A stretch of 12,041 bases of DNA from Octopus sinensis (Eukaryota): assembly GCF_006345805.1 (NCBI RefSeq), contig NW_021826728.1:1-12041 (forward strand), given 5' to 3'. Shown piece by piece: positions 1 through 8,821 of the stretch. Every line of letters begins with the position of its first letter. Positions within the stretch are counted from its first letter, which is position 1. Both the position numbers and the translations under genes were made by a program. The notes under the pieces were generated by a model that searched no databases, was not told the DNA's origin, and was given only the letters and a program-made list of their open reading frames with translations.

Positions 1-1180
1 ACAGAAAATTGAAGCTGGCAGTTAGAAAGACACATTCAACTACAAGCAGAATATATTTGACATCTTAATGAAGATGAAATCTGAACAACAACCAAGTACA
101 CATCTTTTCTTTAATAGTTCTGGTTGACGCAGAACACTTATTGAGCATATGAACATATGGTCGAATCAAGTAGTTATAAGAATTGTATTTATAAGACTCG
201 ATATGTTGCTCAACCAAACTGTTTTTATATCTCACCCAACTTACTACATTAATACAGTTAGCATTGAATCAGATTCTGTTTCTAGCTCTGATACCAATAG
301 CAAACAAGTAAAGAAAGTAATTAGACACTGTAGTATCATCTGTTAGGAGCAACCACCACTCATGATAGCACATTTTGTAGCCATTGACAAAATGACAACC
401 GTTTTGGCGACATGAACATTTTTAGACAATTTTCGGCAAACATTTCTTACAGTTAAAAGAAAATGGGAAAGGTTGGCAGAATTGCTGCTACAAGCATAGT
501 TATGATCCCTTCTTCATTTTGGCCGAAGCTGACTCGAAACTGACAGGGATGATTATTTGTTCCAAGCTGGTGAAACAAAGGGTTTGGCATCCTACTGGAT
601 TATGAAGAGATCCATCCGAACAACACTCTACTCTACGACTGCTGTTCTTTTAGAAATAAAAAAAAACATTGTCAGCAAGTGGAGAGATTGTGAAAACATT
701 AATCTCTCCGAGTGGAGTTTCTAAACAACCATAATCTTTGTGAAAAATGTCTCCCGATTACCGATTACTTTGAACTCGGAAAACGAACGTTTTGTAATGC
801 TACTGGGAAACTTAAATAAGGCAATAGAATTTTAAACGGGACAAGAATGAGGATAATCCATTTGCATGCATATATAATTGAAGACCACGTAGTTATAAAA
901 TATAACCATCATGGAAAACATATTGTGTCAAGAATTAAATTGCGACCTTCTGACACTCCACTGTCGATCGCTCTAAAGTAATTACAGCTTCCCGTTGAAG
1001 TGGCTTTCGCAGTGACAGTCAATAAATCTCAATATCAATCACTGAGGAAAATCGTTCCATCCTTTCTATTTGTACGTGGACAATTATAAGTAGCGCTGTC
1101 AAATACTACACAGCCGGCTGCAGATATTGAGAAAATAGCTAAAAACGCCACTAATCTCAATTTTACGCTGATGTTTACTG
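1..1180 (+). mobile_element. Degenerate Helitron RepHel C-terminal PIF1-like (SF1B) helicase coding region, with stops and frameshifts
   Basis: Manual translation gives the motifs in the expected order: KQNIFDILM..HLFFNSSG*RRT (Walker A region, 104-136; cf. FFxDGPGGTGKT); IRHCSIIC*EQPP (cf. IIWDEAPM); FG (403-408) and DNFRQT (425-442; cf. GDFRQ); SSFWPKLTRN; DYLFQAGE; VEFLN; VMLLGNL. Frame +1 from 832 reads LNGTRM..RIKLRPSD..LQLPVEVAFAVTVNKSQYQSL..GQL*VALS (cf. NGTRL, RQFPVRLAFAMTINKSQGQ, HGQLYVALSR). Confidence 0.93.
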
Positions 1181-1235
1181 GTGTTCAAACCACCTCCTTG
1201 ACTTTTGTATCGGCCAAATAGTAATTTCGGATTAT

Positions 1236-1280
1236 ACATACATACATATACATATATATATATATATATATATACACACA
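1236..1280. repeat. (TA)n/(CA)n microsatellite
   Basis: Directly visible dinucleotide run. Confidence 0.9.
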
Positions 1281-1362
1281 CTTGTTTCATCATTGGACGG
1301 TGACCATTCTGGGGACGTGTGTGTGTGCGTGTTTATATATATATAAATATATATATATATTT

Positions 1363-1567
1363 GAAAATGAGACCGCGTGTGTACCGTTGGCGATTTTTTT
1401 CCTCTGTCTTCCCTTCCTCTGGTCTTTCCTTCTCCTATGTTTCCGACGAAGAGCTCCGCTCGAAAGGTTAGACCCTCTTTCTTTCCTTCTTCCTGAGTGT
1501 CCATAATACTATATTTGTTCCACGTCTCGCGTTGTTGTGTTTTTGTGCCTTCTTGTTTGAATTAACT
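1363..1567 (+). mobile_element. Interspersed repeat between microsatellites, probably a Penelope-like element terminal-repeat (pLTR)-type fragment
   Basis: Pyrimidine/T-rich segment containing a hammerhead-like core (1439-1473). It resembles a repeat I recall from Octopus genomes. Classification is inferred; boundaries are approximate. Confidence 0.45.
1439..1473 (+). ncRNA. Degenerate minimal type I hammerhead ribozyme-like motif
   Basis: GTTT (stem I) - CCGACGA (CUGANGA with U4>C) - A - GAGC/TCC/GCTC (stem II hairpin) - GAAA - GG - TT - AGAC (stem I partner, one G-U pair). The core is mutated, so this copy is probably inactive. Confidence 0.45.
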
Positions 1568-1570
1568 TTA

Positions 1571-1572
1571 TA

Positions 1573-1605
<33 letters not shown>

Positions 1606-1630
1606 GTGTGTGTGTTGTGTGTGTATATAA
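1571..1630. repeat. (TA)n/(TG)n compound microsatellite
   Basis: Directly visible. Confidence 0.9.
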
Positions 1631-1810
1631 ATACTTTATATAATTAGGGTTCAGCAAAAAAGATTTGTTTTGCCACATACCGAACTTTTGGAAATAGCAA
1701 TCAAAGAACTTAGCTATTTCTTCTACTATAAGAAGAATCTCCCAGACAATGTATACCCAAAAAACAATTCACGTAGGCAGAGAGGGAAAAATAAGGAAAG
1801 TTCACCCGGC

Positions 1811-1811
<1 letters not shown>

Positions 1812-1843
<32 letters not shown>

Positions 1844-1926
1844 ACATAAATAATATATAAACATATGCATATGTTAATACATATATGTACATACCTTAAT
1901 CTATATGTATATATACATGCATATAT
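1812..1926. repeat. Imperfect (TA)n microsatellite
   Basis: Directly visible. Confidence 0.85.
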
Positions 1927-2105
1927 GGGTACAGGACACCAAAAATAAAACGTTGAACACAATGAGAAACGAAAACAAAAAAACAAAACCATGGACACGA
2001 ACTCTTTTTCAAACAACAAAAAAACGAGTACAAAACATACAACACAAGGAATATTCCCCTTCTTCAGTTGTTCCTCTTTCGTCTACTCCGCGTTACGAAG
2101 GTAAG

Positions 2106-2148
2106 ATTATATATATATATATATATATACATAATATATATATATTAC

Positions 2149-2206
<58 letters not shown>

Positions 2207-2210
2207 CACA
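2106..2210. repeat. (TA)n microsatellite abutting the SINE at 2211-2344
   Basis: Directly visible. It lies where the full SINE copy has its internal microsatellite (3880-3935). Confidence 0.9.
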
Positions 2211-2344
2211 CAACGGATTTTAAGTTTCCGTCGACTAAAATTCACTCACAAGTTCTTCGTAGAAGACTGTCCAAGGTTCCACGCAGTGGCACTGAGCCCG
2301 AATCTATGTGATTGAGAAGCAAAATTCTTACAACACAGCCACGC
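2211..2344 (-). mobile_element. tRNA-derived SINE, family A (same family as 3717-4140), diverged 5' half
   Basis: The reverse complement GCGTGGCTGTGTTGTAAG...GCTCAGTGCCACTGCGTGGAACCTTGGACA...CTTGTGAGTGAATTTTAGTCGACGGAAAC aligns to 3724-3880 with an internal deletion. Confidence 0.88.
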
Positions 2345-2748
2345 TTTCGCATATACGTAAAGATGTAGGTGTTTGTGTGTATGTGTACACTTGTTTGTGT
2401 ATACAATGATGTTTTAATATTTTGATCTTATATTGTTTATTAAATCATGTTTCCCAATATAAAGAATAACAGCGACATACACAGAGCAAAACATGAGTAG
2501 GTACTCTCACGAATTATTTTCCTGGTGATAACGAAAAGGGAAAAAACACGTTAAGCACTGGAAAAAGTCCTGTATTGTAATAGAAACAGTGTTAATAAGA
2601 ACAATAATACTAATAACTACAACAATAATGAAATATAAGAGGCTCTTGCCCAGAATTTATGTGTTATATTTTCAATACGTACAGCTTACCTCCCATATTC
2701 CGTATTGTGTGAAACTCCTGTGTTCAACTCAAAATTTATACGTAATTA

Positions 2749-2889
2749 TTAGGTTGTCCCAAAAGTTCGTAAACACTTGCGAAAATTGAATCTTTACTCG
2801 CCAAGTACTAACAAAAACAATAAAAATTATTCCTCAAAATAAAGACCATTATTTTCCAAGACTTTCTACGAACTTTTGGGACAACCTTA
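2749..2889. mobile_element. 141-bp Tc1/mariner-type MITE
   Basis: 23-bp TIRs TTAGGTTGTCCCAAAAGTTCGTA (2749-2771) and TACGAACTTTTGGGACAACCTTA (2867-2889), one mismatch. TA target duplication at 2747-2748 and 2890-2891. Confidence 0.93.
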
Positions 2890-2999
2890 TATTACGTTCC
2901 GAACCAAAATTTCCATATTGACTATGAATGCTTTTTCTCCTACGCATTTATTCAATATTTATCTATTTGCCTATTTATTTATCTTTTAAATTAATTTTT

Positions 3000-3063
3000 C
3001 ATCATCACCACCACCACTACCACCATCATCTTCTTCTTCATCACCACCACCATCATCATAATC

Positions 3064-3109
<46 letters not shown>

Positions 3110-3114
3110 CCACC

Positions 3115-3148
<34 letters not shown>

Positions 3149-3297
3149 TCATCACCATCATCATCATCACCATCATCATCATCACCACCACCATCATCAT
3201 AATCTTCATCATCATCATCATAATCTTCATCATCATCATCATAATCTTCATCATCATCATATTCATCATCATCATCATCATCATCATCATTATCATC
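3000..3297. repeat. Compound (CAT)n/(CAC)n trinucleotide microsatellite
   Basis: Directly visible. It explains the poly-His, poly-Asp and poly-Met ORFs in the track. Confidence 0.97.
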
Positions 3298-3300
3298 TTG

Positions 3301-3407
3301 TACACACGCGCACATATATATATATATATATACAGACACAGACACAGACACACACACACACACACACACTCACACACACACACACACATATATATACATA
3401 CATACAC
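3301..3407. repeat. (TA)n/(CAGA)n/(CA)n compound microsatellite
   Basis: Directly visible. Confidence 0.9.
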
Positions 3408-3583
3408 AAATGCCGTACAATCACTATTACACATATATAACTTGTAGTAATTATTGTTTGCATATATGTGAATAAACAGTGTGTAGTAATGCGTATGAAG
3501 ATATGTATTAATTAAAATTAACGACAATTAGTAAAACGTATTTTAAAGAGTTCGTTATACAATTATGTTTGTGTATATTGTGT

Positions 3584-3697
3584 ATCATAGAATAAGCAAA
3601 CGTATACTTTCAGAATGAACCCTGCAACCTATGTGCGAAGGAGAAGTTAGTCTTATCGTTGCATTCTGGATCCTCTTTGAACTCACAGATACGATAA
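3584..3697 (+). mobile_element. Penelope-like element GIY-YIG endonuclease C-terminal remnant
   Basis: Translation IIE*ANVYFQNEPCNLCAKEKLVLSLHSGSSLNS matches the PLE pattern I..KAKPY....CNLC..EK..I......LN.R. The match is short. Confidence 0.6.
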
Positions 3698-3716
3698 CCA
3701 TCTGAAATCGATAACA

Positions 3717-4140
3717 GGCGCAGGAGTGGCTGTGTGGTAAGTAGCTTGCTGACCAACCACATGGTTCCGAGTTCAGTCCCACTGCGTGGCACCTTGGGCA
3801 AGTGTCTTCTGCTATAGCCACGGGCCGACCAATGCCTTGTGAGCGGATTTGGTAGACGGAAACTGAAAGAAGCCTGTCGTATATATGTATATGTATATAT
3901 GTTTGCGTGTGTGTGTGTGTGTTTGTATGTCTGTGTTTGTCCCCCTAGCATTGCTTGACAACCAATGCCGGTGTGTTTACGTCCCCGTCACTCAGTGGTT
4001 CGGCAAAAGAGACCGATAGAATAAGTACTGGGCTTACAAAGAATAAGTCCCGGGGTCGATTTGCTCGACTAAAGGCGGTGCTCCAGCATGACCGCAGTCA
4101 AATGACTGAAACAAGTAAAAGAGTAAAAGAGTAAAAGAGA
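3717..4140 (+). mobile_element. Full-length tRNA-derived SINE, family A (Octopus-type), with internal microsatellite and (GTAAAAGA)3 tail
   Basis: Pol III A box TGGCTGTGTGG (3727-3737), B box GAGTTCAGTCC (3769-3779), internal TA/TG run and a tandem-repeat tail. Other copies lie at 2211-2344, 4390-4463 and 5710-5903. No TSD was found. Confidence 0.93.
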
Positions 4141-4324
4141 GCTATATGCCTACATTTCCTAATATTAACTGATACGCTAGCATTCCTCGCACTGTCCATA
4201 CAGTGTATACTGCTCACTACATTTAATATTTCGTTTTACTATCAATGACCAACTCTCTGCAGCCTGGGTCTCACACGTTCTTCATTCGTTATTACACAGA
4301 CAGTCTCTACGCCGTATTTTACAT

Positions 4325-4926
4325 AAGGCGGCGTGCTGTCAGAAACGTTAGCACGCCGGGCGAAACGCGTAGCGATATTTCGTCTGTCATTGGGCAAGTG
4401 TCTTCTACTATAGCCTTGGGCAGACCAAGTCCTTGTGAGTTGATTTGGGAGACAGAAACTGAATGAAGGCGGCAAGCTGGCAGAAACGTTAGCACGCCGG
4501 GTATTTTGTCTGTCTTTACGTTCTGAGTTCAAATTCCGCCGAGGTCGTCTTTGCCTTTCATCCTTTCGGGGTCGATGAATTAAGTACTTATTTCTTTATT
4601 ACCCACAAGGGGCTAAACACAGAGGGGACAAACAAGGACAGACATAGGTATTAAGTCGATTACATCGACCCCAGTGCGTAACTGGTACTTAATTTATCGA
4701 CCCCCGAAAGGATGAAAGGCAAAGTCGACCTCGGCGGAATTTGAACTCACAACGTAACGTAGACGAAATACCGCTAAGCATTTCGCCCGGCGTGCTAACG
4801 TTTCTGCCAGCTCGCCGATGAATTAAGTACCAGTTACGCACTGGGGTCGATATAATCGGATTAATACCTATGTCTGTCCTTGTTTGTCCCCTCTATGTTT
4901 AACCCCTTGTGGGTAATAAAGAAATA
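4325..4926 (+). mobile_element. Composite SINE: family B head (4325-4389) + family A internal piece (4390-4463) + family B copy (4466-4926, interrupted by a nested insertion)
   Basis: The segments align to the other copies in this window. A 12-bp direct repeat CGTATTTTACAT flanks the whole unit (4313-4324, 4927-4938). Confidence 0.85.
4588..4816 (-). mobile_element. Near-full-length tRNA-derived SINE, family B, inserted antisense into a family B copy
   Basis: 14-bp TSD GATGAATTAAGTAC at 4574-4587 and 4817-4830. The reverse complement starts GGCGAGCTGGCAGAAACG, has a B box GAGTTCAAATTCC and ends GGGTAATAAAGAAATAA like the host. The host sequence resumes at 4831. Confidence 0.95.
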
Positions 4927-5407
4927 CGTATTTTACATTAAACCTAACAAACCCAAGCATCGCACAGCAATTATGCCTTTTCTTTATGCTTACGCCATTA
5001 TATCCACAATCCATTGCTTATTATAATCGATTACACTTTACTCATGATTTATGATGGAATCCCTGTAGCACAATAATTATTACAGAAAATTTATAAATCT
5101 AATATGATATTATCTTTCATTTATTTATATTTTAATATTCTATATAGATACTTATTTTCTTTTTCTAATTACATTTTAATTAATTTTTATATGTGTGTTT
5201 TATTTTCATATATTAATTCCTTTGTTTACTTTCCTAATTACGAATTGATGTGTTTGAGAAACACTCTTAATATATATAAAATCTTGCTATTCTAACATAG
5301 CTTATAACGTTAACTGTTAAAATATAGCCATTGAGTACAGAGTTGCTGTTTGCAATCGAAAACACATTACCGTTATGTAATCATTCGGTGTATCTTTTAT
5401 ATATGCA

Positions 5408-5701
5408 CTAGCAGCATAGCCCGGCGTTGCCCGGGTATGTAAGAGCCCCTAGTAGGCAACGACTAATCCCAATCTAGTCCTTTCCCTCTAGGGAATGAAG
5501 GCGCATGTGTAGGTTGCAATGTCTTCTCTTCACTCGAATACTTCTGTGTATACGATGTTCCTAAGTTTTGAATTATGACATTGGGCTATGTGTGTGTCAA
5601 GTTTCATCAGAATCGGTTGAAAGCCGTGGTCAGGGTGAGGGTACAACCTGACAGACACATAGACACACAGACAGACAAACTGCCGTTTATATAGAAAGAG
5701 A
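5408..5701 (-). mobile_element. Complete 294-bp non-autonomous Helitron
   Basis: On the minus strand: 5' TC (5701-5700) preceded by A; 3' CTAG (5411-5408) followed by T, giving an A|T target with no TSD; GC-rich hairpin CCCGGGCAACGCCGGG (5435-5420) 12 nt from the 3' end. Confidence 0.92.
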
Positions 5702-5709
5702 TATTGTAT

Positions 5710-5903
5710 TGTTTTACTTGTTTCAGTCATTTGACTGCGGCCGTGTTTTTAGTCGAAGAAATCGACCCCACGACTTATTCTTTGTAAGCCTAGTACTTAT
5801 TCTATCCGTCTCTTTTGTCGAACCGCTAATTAACGGGGATATAAACACACCAACATCGGATATCAAGGGGGGGGAGGACAAACACAGACACAAGACACAC
5901 ACA
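5710..5903 (-). mobile_element. SINE family A, 3' half
   Basis: The reverse complement aligns to about 3930-4120, with a deletion of about 13 bp in the GGCGGTGCTCCAG tail segment. Confidence 0.9.
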
Positions 5904-5904
5904 T

Positions 5905-5922
5905 AAATATATAAATACGTAT

Positions 5923-5989
<67 letters not shown>

Positions 5990-6061
5990 CATATATATGT
6001 GTGTGTGTATGTGTGTGTGTGTGTGTGCGTGCGTGCGTGGTGTGTCTGTATGTGTATGTAT
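5905..6061. repeat. (TA)n followed by (TG)n/(TGCG)n microsatellite
   Basis: Directly visible. Confidence 0.95.
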
Positions 6062-6373
6062 GAGGTCAAGTTCCTCATTGGTAAGGAAAAAGTTTCTAGA
6101 ATGGATAGAGAAATCGGAAGATTTGTTTTGGTTCAGTGATATCACGTCTGTTGTGCTTACAGTAGATGTCGCTCTATGTCCTATGGGCAGTCTTCAACTC
6201 CTATCCAAAGGCTTTTATAACTCTTAATCAACACATTGTTATTCATAGTTTTCTCTACTTCGAATTCAACCGTTAAAAAAGGAATTATTTCACGTTCTCC
6301 CAAAGTTTCTAAATTCTTACGATGTAAACATTATATAGAACAATACAAACATCGAACTACCCTTGCCTCCACA

Positions 6374-7610
6374 TTCCTGCTAAATGTATATGACATCAAC
6401 CCATCACTCACTGCCCCAAAACAGAAGATCCCATACGTCGAGAGTTGGCTTCCTGAAAAGATACACTGCATCCCTTTCTTTATCCTCACAGAAACTTATT
6501 TAACACTCACTGTCGCCCACAATATCCTAATGTTAAAATTGTCAAATGTGGGAATCCATGGAAAACTACTACACTGGATTGAATATTTCCTGGAGAACAG
6601 AACACATGTTGTGATCAGTGGAATCCCCTCAAGCCCAGCAAAAGTCGCCAGTGGTGTCCCTCAGGGGCCCACTTCTCCTTATAGTCTATATAAACGACCA
6701 TTTCAGCGTCATAAAACAGCAAAGTGAAAATATTCAAAATGAAAATATTCGCTGACTCCAAGCTCCAGAAAATTATCAATGGAGAACACCGAACTGAGCC
6801 CCAGTTTGATCTACATGTTCTAAGTCAATGGGCAGATAAAAACAAAATGTAACTAAACGAGGGAAAATTTGAGTTGATGCATTTTGGAAAAAAGTCTATG
6901 CTAAAACAGCTAAAGTCTCTTCCTTCAGAGGAACCGCTCACAGCATCTAATAATATCAGAGACCTAAGAGTAGTAGTTGACAATCTCATCTGGAGTACCC
7001 ACATCAATAATAAGGTCGATATAGCTCGTTGTATGAGCTCCTGAATCCCAAGAACCTTCCAGTCCAGAAAACAAGGTATCATTATTTCGCTTTTCTCCTC
7101 CTTTGCACTGCCACAACTCACACTCTACTGGGCCCCCGTGGTCTCCCCATACAAAACAAAACATTTCGGAAATTGAATCACCTCAAAAAACATTCACTAA
7201 GGAATTAAGGGCATGACTGATCTCGATTAGTGGGACCGCCTTAAAGCATTGAAACTCTATTCTCACCAGCCCCGCCGTGAGTGATGCGATGTGGAGAATT
7301 TATCACCAACATTGACCAAACGACCTCAACATTAGCTTCAAAATTCATCCAAGGCTAGGACCACGGGTCATACGTCCCCTGCCCAATTCAAGATCACAAC
7401 ACATAAAAACACTGCATCACAATTTCTTTTCCTCAACAGGCCCTGCCCTATTTAGCATTGTCTAGAAAAAGATCAATGAGGAACAGGATCTCATCACCGG
7501 AATCTGGGCAAATTTCTTCAAGAAATACCAGATAAGCCACCAATATACGCCTAGATACAACTCACTCAACAAGAACTACTTACTCGATTGGGCCATGATA
7601 TCACAAAACT
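6374..7610 (+). mobile_element. Degenerate, internally deleted non-LTR retrotransposon ORF2 (CR1/L2-group LINE)
   Basis: APE-like start FLLNVYDINP..IPFFILTETYL, then RT motifs TVAHNILMLKL..GIHGKLLHWI..FLENR and SGVPQG (from 6650). KIFADSK (6742-6762) is FADD lacking one Asp. Later motifs are WADKNKM*LNEGKFELMHFG, RDLRVVVD, D*WDRLKALKLYSHQPRRE and IPDKP. Many frameshifts. Confidence 0.93.
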
Positions 7611-7611
7611 T

Positions 7612-7685
7612 GACGCATTGTAGGAATTGAGACCACGATCATGCGATAGCGATTCCAACTCCCTAACCACTAAGCCATGCGGCCT
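7612..7685 (-). mobile_element. tRNA-derived SINE head (third family), 3'-truncated
   Basis: The reverse complement GGCCGCATGGCTTAGTGGTTAGGG... has a canonical A box TGGCTTAGTGG (7677-7667) and a B-box-like GGTCTCAATTCC. It lacks a CCA/acceptor-stem end, so it is not a tRNA gene. Confidence 0.7.
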
Positions 7686-7920
7686 CACACACACACACAC
7701 ACCACACACACACACACACTCACACACACACACACTCTCACACACACACACACACTCTCACACACACACATTCACACACACTCACACACTCACACACACA
7801 CTCACACACACACTCACACACACACACTCACACACACACACATCACACACACACACACATACACTCACACACACTCACACACACACTCTCTCTCACACAC
7901 ACACACACACACCACACACA

Positions 7921-7953
<33 letters not shown>
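7686..7953. repeat. Long (CA)n microsatellite interrupted by CT units, plus (CT)n
   Basis: Directly visible. It explains the HT-rich ORFs. Confidence 0.97.
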
Positions 7954-7954
<1 letters not shown>

Positions 7955-8507
7955 TGTATGTAGAAAAATTAATGTAGAAAAGGAAAACTATAATTGTCGT
8001 TAAATGTGACTATGGTGTTAGAAACATATTTTCCAGAAATAAAAAGCTCAAATAAATGGTTGATTTAGCGAATCGCTAATGCGCATTCAGAAAAATTAAC
8101 ATAGACAGCAGTTTGAAATGTTACACCAAAAAGGAAAATTATGTATGTATATATATTTGTTTGTGAAGGATTGATTATGTATATTTGGGTTCGTGGCTTT
8201 GATTTTAAGTTTATGTGTTAAAATATTTGTATGGATGGAATTATTTGGTAAGTTGGGTTGCGTGGAGGAAATGTAACACAGTAAATTAAACGCATAAATA
8301 TATAATAGTTAAGTTTACATACATTTTGTCTTTCGAAAAAGGGATTTTATGCATTGTAATTTCATTAATTATGCATAAATATATTTTGTATTAATTTGTT
8401 TGATTTAAACAGTTTCGCGCATGCATTCCACGTTCGAATGTGCGTATTCTCTTCTTAGTTTCTGATTCTGAATGCTTGTACGAACGTGTGTCTGTATGTG
8501 TTTGTGT

Positions 8508-8585
8508 GTGTTAACATGTGTGTGTGTGTGTGTGCGTGAGTGTGAGTGTATGTGTGTGTGTGTGTGTGTGTATCTGTGTGTGTCT
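8508..8585. repeat. (TG)n microsatellite
   Basis: Directly visible. Confidence 0.92.
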
Positions 8586-8737
8586 TTCAGAATATTTGCT
8601 TCGCCTTATTTATTGGTATAGCATTTCACATGACATGATGGCATAATAAAATAGCTATTATATATATTTATTGATATTTATTAATTCTTAATGTCTATTC
8701 CATTACGTGACAGTTTAAGTGTGTGAGCGTGTGTGCG

Positions 8738-8815
<78 letters not shown>
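8738..8815. repeat. Near-perfect (TA)n microsatellite (uninterrupted 8747-8815)
   Basis: Directly visible. Confidence 0.97.

Positions 8816-8821
<6 letters not shown>

Noticed and set aside
1645-1700. TTAGGGTTCAGCAAAA and CGAACTTTTGG resembling mariner TIR pieces
   Set aside because: The two pieces are not reverse complements of each other and no TA-flanked pair can be defined.
1940-2105. Minus-strand repeat-like segment containing GAAA and CTGAAGA as a possible second hammerhead
   Set aside because: The order and spacing do not allow stems I and III or an NUH site to form, and no GAAA follows the stem after CTGAAGA.
2928-3527. Poly-His, poly-Asp/Gly and poly-Met ORFs of 127-178 aa
   Set aside because: They are overlapping translations of a stop-poor (CAT/CAC)n microsatellite on both strands, flanked by dinucleotide-repeat translation, with no splice or domain support.
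3000-4926. CRISPR-like or prokaryotic system
   Set aside because: There is no regularly spaced repeat-spacer array and no operon-like genes; the repeats are SINE copies, TSDs and microsatellites.
5253-5265. TTTGAGAAACACT, a Charlie-like right TIR
   Set aside because: No matching left TIR or 8-bp TSD was found nearby.
7566-8003. HT-rich and CV-rich ORFs (similar YI-rich ORFs at 1099-2315, 5723-6227, 8681-8905 and 10156-10469)
   Set aside because: Translations of (CA)n, (TG)n and (TA)n repeats.
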